From NCBI GenBank assembly GCA_964270895.1, contig OZ185440.1: DNA of 64,000 nt; one strand, given 5' to 3'. The position numbers were made by a program, and so were the translations under genes. The notes below the pieces were generated by a model. The model had not been told where the DNA came from. It saw nothing but the letters and a program-made list of their open reading frames with translations, and did not search any database. Positions 13,468 to 26,073 of this stretch are shown here, in pieces. Positions within the stretch are counted from its first letter, which is position 1, and every line of letters begins with the position of its first letter. This DNA is from Podarcis filfolensis. Lineage: Eukaryota.

Positions 13468-16400
13468 CTCCTAATACAGCTTCCCAAATGACAACTTATA
13501 CATCATCTGCAGTATAGTCTACTTGTCTAGTCAGAAGGAAGCCTCACTAAATTCAGTAGAACTTACTCCCTGGTACATATATTGGGTTATAAGCTCTGGA
13601 ATAAGTTTGGAAGGCAACTGAAACAACAGGTGCTGTGTTTTCCAAATTCCTCTGGAGTTTTTGCAAGAAAGCCCTAGCCCCAGCGCTTGCAGGAGAAGAG
13701 ACATAGATCTGGAGACAAGAGATCTGTGACTGGGTTCAGAAAACATATGGAAATTAACAGCAGTTGGATTTGGTCCAAGGTCAGAAACTTAATGACTCTA
13801 ACCTTCTGGAACCAAACCAAAGCCTCCTTGCTTTCAAAGAGTTCCCTTTCCTTCTGTTAAAGAGGGTGGTTTAAGAAAGTCCTCGTCAATTGTCACTTTT
13901 ATAAATAATGTTTTTTTTAAAAAAAATCACAATGAGTCAAGCCACAAAGTTTCCTCCGGTTTGTTACCCGGTCAGTGTGTTGAGTGGAAGAAAGCCTAAA
14001 GACACAGTGACTGGGTGCCTCTGAAGCAGGAAACCAAGAACTGCTAGGAGAAGGACATCCCAGGAAAGGTGGGGGGATGAGACAGGGAGTAAAAAGGAAA
14101 CCTACGTAGACCAAAAAGAAGGCAGAACAAGGGGCACAGAAGAGGGGGCACATCTGGGGCTGGGAGATGGGGGAGACGGGGGAATGCAGCATCAGCCCTA
14201 AGCTGCAGCATCAGAAATCCCTGAGACTTCATATTCACTGTGTGGGCTACCCCCACTGAAAACAAAATCACATTTCAGGGAATCGGCATGGATTGCTGCA
14301 ATTTGTCCTTGCTGTGGCAGTTCATTACAGAATCAGCCTTGGTTGGCGTCCAAAATCCAAGTCATTGAGATTGAAAAACAGCCTTGTGTTGTTGTGCCTG
14401 CAGATATTCCCAATAGAGCCCCCCCCCCCGTCCTTCTTCATCTTAGCAGCATGTTCACAATGTACAGGGGTGTGCAACAGCCACCATCTAGTGTTCCTAG
14501 CAGGGGGTGGACGGGGGGGGGAGCAGCTGCACACACACACACACACACACACACACCCTGCTTACAAGCTCAAGGTGGAAAGGATTTTTGATTTTGAACC
14601 TGAGAGTGTTGACTTCTAGGGAAGTAGCTGCATTGGACTCTTGCAGCAAAAACCACCAAGAATCACAGATGTAAAAGGCTTAACAGATTTATTGTGGCTT
14701 GGAAAAAATACATGCTGTATGTTGAGTGGGTTGCAGCCTCCTTCGAACTTCATTGTTGCAGAGTTATCGAATAGGCTGCAAAGGGCAGCAAGCTCGTAAC
14801 ATGTTCCTCAGAGTTTGTGGGCAGCCACTGAAACTTCCTTCCACCTCCCCCTTTCCTGGTTATGAAAGGGTGAATTGGCAGAAATGGGCCGAGTCACAGC
14901 CCATCTGGGGAGTCATTGTTTTTCCTGGAGGTTTCTGCATCTTAGCAATTAAGCTGCAGGTCTGGGTAACCACTGCCTCACACTTCACCTCATTGACGTG
15001 AGGGCGGATATGGGCTTTGCTGACAGAGAGTCTGCGGGACGCTGTGGGACATGCCAGTGGTTTATCTCAGCTGGATATGTCCCAGCCTCTTCCCCGATGG
15101 AGGGGACTTGGCTGTGGCTTCATCTGTTTCTGATCAGATGTCCCCTCTTTGAGACAGCTTGTCTTGGGTGGTGGCGGTCAGGGGCTGATGGGGACTCCTC
15201 AGGTGGGCGAGGAGCAATATACCCCACTCAGTGGCATGCAAAGCAGTGTTTTAGGGGTGCAGCAGCACAGAGAAGTGACCCTGTTTGTATGATTAGCTGT
15301 CTTATTGTGAAAGTCAGCTCAGAAGGGCATTGCAAAATGAGATGAAAGCCAAGTTTGAGTCAAGGTGCCCTAGTGGCCTGTGGTTAAGGGTCATCAGGTG
15401 TAGTAGGTGAGGAAGCGGGGGGGGGGGTCACTTCCAGAAAACCAGTTTATTGAGCATTCAGGTTGATCTGTTTGCAGGGAGGATACGCAACATATGCTAC
15501 TTACTGAGCATTCAGATTTTATTGTGGGGTGGTTATACAATGTTGCATCAAGCAAATGTCGTCTTAGAATTTCAGCTGTCACTTTCCTTATTGCAAAACA
15601 AAAATGCCCATTTTTATTGGGGGGAAGTGGGTTTATTGAGCAAGGCTTCCCAATCTACTATAATTACACAACCTGAATTTGCAGGTTTGTGACTGAATCC
15701 CACCCGGAAGGCCAGGAAGCAAACACATACACACTCACACCCACACCCTCACATCCCTACCTTACTTTGCACCAGACACAAGGCTGTCACATCCTGCCAT
15801 TAACACAGGCCTGATGGAAATTCCCGGATAAGGACTGGTCTAGTGTACAGACTGGTGACCTGCTCCAGTTGTGCAAACAAGACCACAAATGATCTGCCCT
15901 CCTGCTCCACAAAGAGAGGGTGAAGAGATTTCAGGAAGCAGGGTGAGGTGGCAAGATTCACAGCAAGGTTCAAATGCCTACTCTTTAACATCTTCAAAAA
16001 TAAATTGCAAAAATGTAGAGTATTCCACAAGCATGAGCTCTGGTTTCCTTTTTTATATACTTCATAATCATTAGACATATAGAGTTGTATCCCATGCTAG
16101 TCCTATTCAGAGTAGACCTATTGGAATTAATAGAGTCTGAGAAGAATATATGATACACCAGAACGGGAGGAATGAGGGGTTTCAGAAGTGGGACCATCCA
16201 ATATATCCTATTTGTAGTTTCGCTCTGGCTGCTGTCAGACCATTTAACAACGTGAAAAGCATCTTTGAGCCTCTCTCTCCCTATTGTATTATGTCTCACA
16301 GTTCTTATTGCAGGATCATTTGCAGAAGAATGATCTGTTTAACTTGGATCTGCATTCTGACCAATACAGGTTCACATTAGCGGCTTACCTGAGCATAGAC

Positions 16401-17282
16401 AAAAGAAGACAGTTTAATCACCATGAATTTGGACTTGGTGGAGTCCTTAGTCTTGCCAAGGCATGCCTAAACAGCTGCTTTCTATATTTCAAATTTGTCA
16501 CTGAGGAGCACCAGCAGGAGTGTGGGAAACTTCTTTTGGGGTGGGCTGGGGGAAACCCTGCTGTCCAAAGGCTGGAAAGAGCCATGCAAATGGCATAAGC
16601 AGCCAATTCTTGTCCAACAATGGTCCCTTTGACATTTATGGGCTCAGGGATTTAGGGGGACCATATGCTCCTGAAGCAAGAGCCATGTGGACATGTTGCC
16701 TCAGAGCAGAGATAGGCAGCCACATTTATTCAGGGCATCTGACCATGCCTTAGTACAGGACTGAAAACATGGGCTGAAACACCATTTTGATGAACTTTTC
16801 TGCAGATTATGTAAAGCAGCTGCTAAGCTCCAGAGCACTGAACTTTCCAGGGCAATGGGAAATCAAAACTTAGTTTCATTTTCCCTATTTCATTAAAGCT
16901 AGAGTGCATGATTGAATAGCCTGCCAGTCACATATTTAGCTAATTGGTGCCGATGAAGTGTTTAACTAAAACTATAACAAATTGGATGTTTCCAGGCCAT
17001 AGTCCAATTCTGTTCCAGAATACTTACTCATTCATTCTCTAACAGTATTCCAGATATAACACAGAGGGAATCCCTTTCCTATTGCTTATTAAAATAATTT
17101 GCAAGTATTCTGTCTATGATATATTACTCACCCATCCCATTAGGCTTGGAAACTTAGTGAATGACCCAGTTAAGGACTTTCAGTTCCTGTTGACTGAGCT
17201 GTGGAGGTTAAATGCATGCTTGAATTTTGCTGATTAGTAAGCTCCAAAGTACTTTACTTTGACTGGATCATGTCCATTATGT

Positions 17283-17329
17283 GGAAGGAAGGAAGGAAGG
17301 AAGGAAGGAAGGAAGGAAGGAAGGAAGGA
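17283..17329. repeat. (GGAA)n microsatellite
   Basis: Direct reading. Confidence 0.95.
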
Positions 17330-17537
17330 ATTGTTTGGTTCATAGATGGTATTCAATGTAAGTAAGTGCAAGAACATTTCTGATTTTCTTCTGTACACCC
17401 TTAGTCGCCAGTGAGGCTTGGAGAGTATCACTGTGGTTTGTCAAGCTCCAGAATATTCAAAAGATGTCTCTGAGGCTGAGTAACAGACCTTTCATCACTG
17501 TGAGTCAATGTGGATCATTTCAGATGATACGCGTGCA

Positions 17538-17575
<38 letters not shown>

Positions 17576-17753
17576 ACCTCTTAAATTTTTTCCTGTGTAA
17601 ATTTTAAATATTATTATTATGGCTGCTTTCTCAAATGCTTTGTAAAGTAGATTCCTTAGAAAGTGCTTCAAAATATGCCTACCGTGCAAACCAAGGGTGC
17701 TTCCAGATGTGGGCTTTGTTCGCAAATGGGACATTGAGATATATCACAAATGT

Positions 17754-17866
17754 AGGGTAGCCATATGTCTGGAATTTCCCGGACGTAGTCTGGATGTGGC
17801 AGTCGGAAGCAGTGTCCGGGTGCAACTCACTGAAATGTCTAGGGAAATCTGGACGTATGGTAACCC
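17754..17866. mobile_element. Small MITE, possibly PIF/Harbinger-type
   Basis: Imperfect terminal inverted repeats agggtagccatatgtc / gacgtatggtaaccc. Confidence 0.6.
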
Positions 17867-19569
17867 ATGTCGGAACTGTAGATTTTGCCAAATTTTCTTA
17901 AAAATAGCTGAAAAGCGGACATTTTTTTGAGTTTTTGCAAAAGAGAAAAGGGGGAGGAAGCAGCTCAACCCTAATAGGTCATTGCCAACGGGTTTGTTTG
18001 TGTTTGTTTTTACTTATTGGATTTCCTACAGAAATTATTGATCTTGATTAGATGAGGGGGTGGAATACAATCTGCCTGTAATTTGAATTTATTACAGTGA
18101 AATGATACCAGTCCAATTTAAGTTGTTTGCTAAGAAGCACCAGAATAAAGTTATAATTAAATCAGGTCCCTCTAAAAGCTTATTCCTGACAATAAAATTT
18201 TTCTTCATTTCACTTGTGAATGAGCAAATCTTGAAGAACGCTAAACATTCATTCAGTTAGAGTTATTTTTAGCAAAACTATCTCTGGAGAGAGTTCTGGG
18301 AAAGGCCAGATATGTCAGTAATTTTTATGTGCATTGGTCATAATAATTGAAGAGGCAAAATACAATTTAAAAGCTACATCTAGCCATAGAACCACTCAAC
18401 CTTACAAAAATTCAAATATAGAAATTGGAATTGGAAGTAAAAATTGAATGGATAAAAATAAGGGCAGGCTAATAAACCATAATAGCTAAAAAAAATTAAC
18501 CACAATAACTAAAAATAATAGAAAAACCGGTTGTCTCCAGTCTCTAGTGGCTTTAATTCTAATTTTAGAAGTGGTCAGAACAAATTTTGCAACTGTTTTG
18601 GTTAGCTCTGCATGCTTAACTTCCTTCCAACCAAAGTGAGAAGTTTGTCTTTTGCAGTATTTCTTTAGTTAGCTAGTTCTTCAGCTGGAAAATGTCCTCA
18701 GATGCCTTCTTTATCAATCAATAAAAGCAGGACACTCCTTGCCCAGTGCCTATAGGCATCCAATCTAAAAGAAAGAACACAAAAAGTACAGGAGGAGAGA
18801 GGAAGGGCAAAGTAAATTCAGGCAACAATTTCTCAAGCTATAATGTTCCAATAATGGTCAGCTAGAATGGAAACAATTCAGTGAGAGGAGGAAGAGGAGG
18901 AGGAGTCAAGTACAACTTGTCTCTCAACAGAGCCAGTGGAATAGTCCTTTCCATGACATTAAAAATGTTGTTTTCTAGAAGTAGTAAGAGTCAGCTGCCA
19001 GTCCAACTTCTGTACATGGAATAGGAAGGAGGCACCATCTTGCCCTTCACCTTGGGTATCAAAATGACTTGGGCTCCCCATGTGTGGCTGGGGTTGCCTG
19101 CAGCTGCAAGGATCATTAAATGCTTCTCCACACCCTTGTGGGTCCACAGGATTATGTGATAGCTTAGTAGCCATCACCACACCTTTTTGAACAGCATAGT
19201 ACAAGTGTTGCTACTTCCCATGTAATCTGGCAGGCTAACGTAGGTGGGACATGTAAACCGGGGTGGAGAACTTGCATGCCTCCAGGTGTTGTTAGTCTCC
19301 AACTCCCAACACCCTGACCAATGGTGTGTTGGCTGGGGCTGCTAGGAGTTGGAGTCCAATGGCAGCTAGAACAGCAAAGGTTCATCATCCCTAACTTAAA
19401 CAATACAGTTGCATGGAGTCCTAACTCTCTAGCAATCTCTTTATTAAATGTCTACCTATACAGATAGGCCAAATTTGGTGGAAGTCTCATCGCCAGAACC
19501 ATTTGAAATGGGCCAGACCAGCTTGAGTAGTAGGCAGCTCTGAACTGACATTAGATAGTCAAGGACTAG

Positions 19570-19985
19570 GGCAGGGGTCAGCAACCTAAGGCCCATGGGC
19601 TGGTAGCATTCCACAGGGCTCATCTATCCGGCCCATGGCGCCCCCTGCTACCCCCCACTGCCTGCTCTTACTGGCGTGGCATGGTGCGGTGTGGTGTAGC
19701 GCAGGGACCAACTTCCGGATTGATGGCGCCTGTGCGCATGTGCATGGACATTCCTCCGACCTGGATGTGCACTGGAAATAGCATGTGCTCACGTGTGCAG
19801 GATGGAGAAGCACCTGTGTGCATGCGCACACACTATTTCTGGCGCATATCCGGGTTGGAGGAGCAACAGAAATAGTGTGTGCACACGGACATGGGTGCTC
19901 CTCCAACCCGGAAGAACGTGCATGCGCACATGCTCTGGCCCATGAATGGATGCTAAATGACAGGTTTGGGGTTGAAAGGTTGGGA
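19570..19985. mobile_element. hAT-like non-autonomous element
   Basis: Starts caggggtcagcaacc, a hAT-type TIR. Internal repeated gtgcatgcgcaca and gaaatag blocks. The right end (aaaggttgg) is interrupted by a younger MITE. Confidence 0.65.
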
Positions 19986-20121
19986 CAGGCATAGGCAAAC
20001 TCCTGCCCTCCAGATGTTTGGGACTACAATTCCCATCATCCCTAGCTAACAGGACCAGTGGTCAGGGATGATGGGAATTGTAGTCCCAAACATCTGGAGG
20101 GCCGGAGTTTGCCTATGCCTG
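19986..20121. mobile_element. 136-bp palindromic hAT MITE
   Basis: Arms caggcataggcaaactc.gccctccagatgtttgggactacaattcccatcatccct and their near-perfect reverse complement. 8-bp TSD ggttggga at 19978-19985 and 20122-20129. Confidence 0.92.
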
Positions 20122-20937
20122 GGTTGGGAGGACAGTGGATTCAGATAGTGTCTTAGGCTGCTGCAGCTTGAGGCCTGATTTTGATTGTGTTTGCCCAACA
20201 GTTTCTGAGTCAGTAGAAAGCAGCAGTTGGGGCTTTTAATTGCGGTGTGAGACACTGCAAAGCGTTCCACAGCTATCATTTCTCAGAGTGTTTACTAAAC
20301 ATCTCTGTGTCAGTTGCGGACAGACAGGCAAAGGGCCAGGCCTCAGGAGCGAAGCTGCATTGGAGAAATGATGCTGTCCGTGACTCATATGCGTTGCTTG
20401 AAATTGATTGCTGAAAGTGATTATTTACCCCACCTGCTTAAATGGGTTAATATTATTGGAATCTCTGACTTTCCAGAAGGCCAACTGAGGTTGTGGGGGA
20501 ACTGTCAGTGCAGCCTGAGCATGATGCATCTTTGAGGTCAGCTGGGGCCTTCTTGTACCTGTGCACATAATAATAGAGCTCGTAGAGGTCATACTGCGTG
20601 TTCCTACAGCTGTATCTGTCAGCCAGAGGATGAAGTGCTACAGTTCAAAAATGGCACATTCCAGTGTTTAACTGGGAGCAGCTGGCCAGGGGGGCAGCAC
20701 TGGGTTGCCACCACTAGTGCATCCATGCAGCTCTAACCTTACTGCTGTACTTCATGTTACCCAGGTAGGTTGCAGTGATGCAGCTGCTGGAAGGCTGGCT
20801 CCTGAGTTCATGTTAAAATCACATTCTCTGCCCTGTTGACCTTTAATTTCAGAGGAGTGTGTGGTTACTCAGCGATGTGGGGAAAGCATGCTGCACATGT
20901 TCAGATCAATCTATCCATTATTATTACTTCACACTAA

Positions 20938-21250
20938 CTAGGGATGGGGGGGGATTGTATTCCATTCTCATTTAAAGCCGAATCTATCAAATTTGTACTT
21001 TCTGAAACTACAAGAAATTCACACTTGTTCAAGTTTTGCAATGCAGTTCAACCAGGCAGTGTTTACAAAAATGCATATATTATGGGGAAATGTGCATAAA
21101 AATGACTATGTTAGTGAAATTAACATAATAAAATTCATGTTTGGAGAAATTATATTAAGAGAAGAATGTGTACATTAGTCAAAGATGCATACAAAAATGT
21201 GATATTTTAACAGGAATCCACACTAGAATGCTGAAGATTTTTCATGAGGG
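20938..21250. mobile_element. AT-rich interspersed repeat with agggatgg terminus (MITE-like)
   Basis: A related copy with terminal inverted agg(g)atgg...ccatccct lies at ~36283-36713, and a fragment near 4890-5010. Confidence 0.5.
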
Positions 21251-21819
21251 CTCTTTTGTGAGTTGCTGCAGAAATCTGGGGAACTGAATTTAAGCCTGGA
21301 AAAAGAAGAAACCACTTTTTTTTTATGGAAACCGCAATGGGGGGGAAAGTGCTTGATGATTTCCCACAAGCATCTGGTTGGCCACTGTGTGAAGAGGATG
21401 TTGAACCAAATGGACCGTTGGCCTCATCCAGCAGGCTCCTCTTATGCTTGCAGAAATGTAGAGAACTGAAATTGACAGATTCTTCTATCAATACTGAAAA
21501 CCAGTTCTGAAACTAGGCCCTGTTGAGCCCTGTCTCCATTCAAACCCTATCCTGCTCACTTCCTAGTTACTGTGCTCAGTGAATTGTTAGACTCTGTTCC
21601 CCCAGAAAGCCACATCACAAACAGCTGCTCACCTTCGGTCAGATGGTAAGTCAGATGGAATGAGAATGAAGCGGGACTTCAACTCTCCTCATGAGCCATA
21701 GCTTCCACACAAGAGTAATGAGTAGTTGCCCTTCCATCAGCCACAACAACTGGATGAATTACTCCCCCCAAACAAACAGAAGACAAGGGAGCAATTTTGA
21801 CTCCAGTCACCAGTGACTA

Positions 21820-22312
21820 CCGTATTTTTCGCCCTATAGGACGTACTTTTTCCCCTCCAAAAATGAAGGGGAAATGTGTGTGCATCCTATGGGGCGAATG
21901 CAGGCTTTCGCTGAAGCCTGGAGAGCGAGAGGGGTCGGTGCACACCGACCCCTCTCGCTCTCCAGGCTTCGGGCAGCTCTCCGCAAGCCTTGGGAGCCCG
22001 GCGCGACTTCCTGCCGGGCTCCCAAGGCTTGCGGACAGCAGCCTGCAGCCCGAAACCTGGGGAGTGCAGCGGAGTGCGCCCCGGGCTTCGGGCAGATACC
22101 CGCAAGCCTGGAGAGCCCAGCAGGAGTTCCTGCCGGGCTCCCAAGGCCTGCGGATAGCAGCCTGTTCTGGGGGCTGGGGTCAGGGGAAGCTCGGGCTTCC
22201 CCCGCCCCAGCCCCGCGCCTGGGGGAAAAATAATTTCCCCCCCTTTATTCCCCCCCCAAAAAAACTAGGTGCGCCCTATGGGCCGGTGCGCCCTATAGGG
22301 CGAAAAATACGG
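21820..22312. mobile_element. Tc1/mariner-pogo superfamily MITE (ccgtattt-type TIR)
   Basis: Perfect 21-bp TIR ccgtatttttcgccctatagg at both ends, flanked by TA. GC/CpG-rich interior with internal direct repeats. Confidence 0.92.
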
Positions 22313-25300
22313 TACTTACCCTTAAATCATGGAATAAAGGGTAGAGGATTGCAAACCTCCTTGAATGTCAATGTCTCCTTATGAGAAGAGCTTTTTGATA
22401 TTAGCTGATGGGATTGATCTGGGCCCTGGAAGTGGTTCCAGCAGTTTCAGTTCAAAAGCTTCTTTACCTGGCTGTGCGACCTGCTAGCACATCTTTCCAC
22501 CAGTCCTTTGCTGCCTCTGTGTGACCAGACTCTTGCCTACCTGGGTGCCCTTTCACTTGGGAACTGGCCTGAAACACAGCCATCTGAAGGAATTCCCAGG
22601 CAAAGTTTGACTTAAATGTAAAGAACCATAAGAAGAGGGAGTAGGACCCTGAAGTTGCCCATGAACAGTTAGCACCAGAACAGCTGGCTGAACCCATGGC
22701 CTTCCCCATCATGGTGTGATGTACTGTATTTATATGAAAATTACACTGATTATTTCCAAATGTTATGAAACTATTTCTTTTCTTCTTTCTTTCTTTCCAT
22801 TCCCTTTTTCTTTTTCTGATGTATTTCCCCTTTTTAGCCATGCGTGTAAGTGGCCACCCTATGCCTCCCACAAGGTTCTGCTTGTGCTCTAGATCCCTAC
22901 CATGTCCAACGCCATACATCTGAGCAAGTGCAAGGCTCCAGTGCTTTACTAAACCCACAGCCTGTAGACTGCAATGATTCAAGGCAGGAAGGTTTGCTGC
23001 TTGCGCATGAAGTGGGCAGAAACATGACTATGGCAGAGCAACTCCATGAATCAAAAGAAAGAAATATATGACTAAGGGGCAAACTAGACATGACACAGCA
23101 AATCAATTATCGGGAAATCCCATTTGTTTTTATACTGGCAGGCAGCCAGTTTTTATACTGGCATGTTGGGGAGCGGGGAATTGGATTGAGCATGTGGGGT
23201 TAACCCTTTCCTCACTCCCCACCTCTCTGATTTAAATATCACACATCCCAAACTGATATTGGCTGTAGTGGCTATCCATTGCAACTCTCTTTTAAAATCC
23301 TCCCCTGTTGGTTGCAGCTTGGACGGGGGGCATTTAGATCAAGGAAATCATGCAATTGCATTCAGCATGTCCACCCTCAAATCTTTGCAGACAACAGCAG
23401 TACTAAAAGTGGGATTCCTTATACCCTCCCTGATAATGTCATGGACACAAATAATCATGAATGCACAACACAAACGAAATCTCTGGAAGGGTCTTAGTTA
23501 GGTCTTTAAAAGACACACTTTGGCAAGGCATCGCAGTCATAATTGACAAGTCTTCTGAGGAAAGGTGAAACTGGATAAATTTGGTTAACGTGTAGCCATT
23601 ACAAACATTTAAAAGGCTGCTGTGCAACAGAGTAGGGATGGTTGCTTGTTACAGAAGGTAAAAAGGAGCAGAGGAAAACCTGAAATGTCCAGAGAGACAT
23701 TAAGCTGAACATTCAGGCATGTCTGACTGGGGGAAAGAAGCCATTGGTGAGGATTCTCCTTCCTCACCCGCATTTTGGATGCAAGTTTTTCCCCCCACGG
23801 TTACCTTTAATATTGGGTACGAAGAGAGGTGGCTTATTTCATGGCCCATTCTGAAAGCCTGCTTGGACAACTGCATTTTTTAGGGTTCAGGAAATGTGCC
23901 ATTTTTACTCCCCTGTCCAGCTGTGTCTCCCCTTCAGGTGCGACTCAGTTGTGAGCATCTCACATTCTTCCAGCACTCAGATCTCAGTGGGTAATGTAAT
24001 TCTCCCCCCAGCTAGCATGTTTATCACTTTATTAACTAGTGTGGGAAACACGTGTGGTGCCTACACCTTTAAAATCTGTTTTTCTTTTTTCACATCCTCA
24101 TCCTCTAGTCTAGTCTGACCTAGAGGAAATTACTTGCACCTGAGTCATGGTCAAAACCAGCAGAATGTAAACTTGGTTGTGGGCAGCTGGCTTAAGGCCC
24201 ATTGATGCCAATAAAACTTAGGCATGACTAACATTCATTGACTCCAAGGGTCTGTCATTGTAATGTTATGACCGGCCAGGTGGGTGGGGTATAAGTAATA
24301 TATTAGTATAAATTATTATTATTACTATTATTTTTGAATTGGAGCTAATCTCCACTGTAACAGGCCAAGCACAGAAAAACCTTTAAATAACAAAGAGAGC
24401 TGGCAAGACTACCTCCTCTGCTCTAGAAGGGGTTCCCTTATTTTGCAACCTCTTTTTTTCTTTTTCTTTTAGCTTGATTTGTTTGGCTGTATACAATAAA
24501 TAGTCTACCTGCCCTCTCCCCACAAAGCACTGCTATTCCCTTTGGAGGATGACTAGGGCCTGCCACTATACCACACCTCCTGTGTGGCTTTTCATCATCC
24601 AACCAAGCGCCCAAATTCTGTGACTGTAGACAGCTCTGTCAACTCTGCTCCTTGAAACCAGCCTTGGTGTCTACAGCACTGGAAGTGGTTTTGCGCCGTC
24701 CAGCACTGCCTTTCCCACAGCGAGGGGGAGTCTGGGAGCCGCTGAGTCCTTGCATCAGGCAAAGGGGGACATAGACTGGGGAAGAGGCTATGTCTGGCAG
24801 GGACTTGTGGAAAAAGAAATTGCAAGATGCTCATCAATCAGACAGTCCAAGAAACCAAAGAGCTTCAGCAGGAGGGCACCAACAGGCTAGAGTTATCATC
24901 CCATCCTCCTTGCAATCTTTTTGACTAGGGATGAAACATCCTGTCTGAACAGGGTCACAGCACAGCAGCCCCCTCACCTCCCACAAAGCTCTTCCTAGGA
25001 AGGAAATTCCCAAGCCACCTCATGTCACACAGCCAAGCCAGAGAAGAAACAGCAGCCATGCTTGCTGCCGTGTTGGCCAAGAATGATTGCCATTTCCTTT
25101 CTGCCTGAGCAGGGCCCTTTAGAAACTGCATGAAGGCTGAATAAATGGGTAGTCTAGAAGTGGCCTCTGTTCTTCTTTCTACATCATTTGTAACTTCAGA
25201 GGTCTACATCATGCTCCGCTGTCATCCTGTGATATGTTCTACTTCCACCTCCAAAGGTTGCAGTCTTTCACTGCAGATCAAACCCCTTGATTTTGTAATT

Positions 25301-25545
25301 TGCTTCTGTGTACCTTCCCCAGCTGGAATGGCCAAAACTGTACACACTATTCCAGATGTGGCCACACCATAGTTATGTGCTGTTATGCCACCTGACTGAC
25401 TATTCTTTTGTTATGTTGATTCGTGGTTAATTGCCCAGAATGATTGGTTGGTGTTTGCTCAGTAGGATGAAAGTAATCACCTGGAGATGGTTCCTTGATG
25501 GGTCCCAATTTATGCATTCCAATTATGTATCCATCAGAGCTTGGA

Positions 25546-25546
<1 letters not shown>

Positions 25547-25591
<45 letters not shown>
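25547..25591. repeat. (GA)n microsatellite
   Basis: Direct reading. Confidence 0.95.
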
Positions 25592-25595
<4 letters not shown>

Positions 25596-25710
25596 TGTAG
25601 GCAGGTAGGTGTATGGGTGAGTGAGTGAATCAGAGGAGCAGCAGTTTCCAGATTTAAAAAGTAAAAAAAACCAAAAAAAACGGAATTGGGTAAATGTACC
25701 TTTGGGGGTA

Positions 25711-26073
25711 GAGGGACGTGTGGTAGGTGCTGTGGTGTAAACCACTGAACCTTGGCGCTCAGAAAGTTGGCGGTTCGAATCCCCACAGTGGGGTGATATC
25801 CCATTCTTCGGTCCCAACTCCTGCCAACCTAGCAGTTCAAAAGCATGCCAAAAAGTACAAGTAGATAAATCAATACCGCTCTGGTGGGAAGGTAAATGGC
25901 ATTTCTGTTTGCTGCTCTCGTTTCACCAGAAGCGGCTTAGTCATGCTGGCCACATGACCCGGAAAACTGTCTGCGGACAAACGCCGGCTCCCTCAGCCTA
26001 TAAAGCGAGGTGAGTGCCGCAACCCCAGAGTCGTTCGCAACTGGACTTAACTGTCAGGGGTCCTTTACCTTTT
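25711..26073 (+). mobile_element. Sauria SINE
   Basis: gggacgtgtgg...ctgccaacctagcagttc...tttaccttt. 14-bp TSD tacctttgggggta at 25697-25710 and 26074-26087. Confidence 0.92.

Noticed and set aside
21797-22384. 195-aa ORF, the longest in the window
   Set aside because: It runs through a GC-rich non-autonomous MITE and has no transposase motifs.
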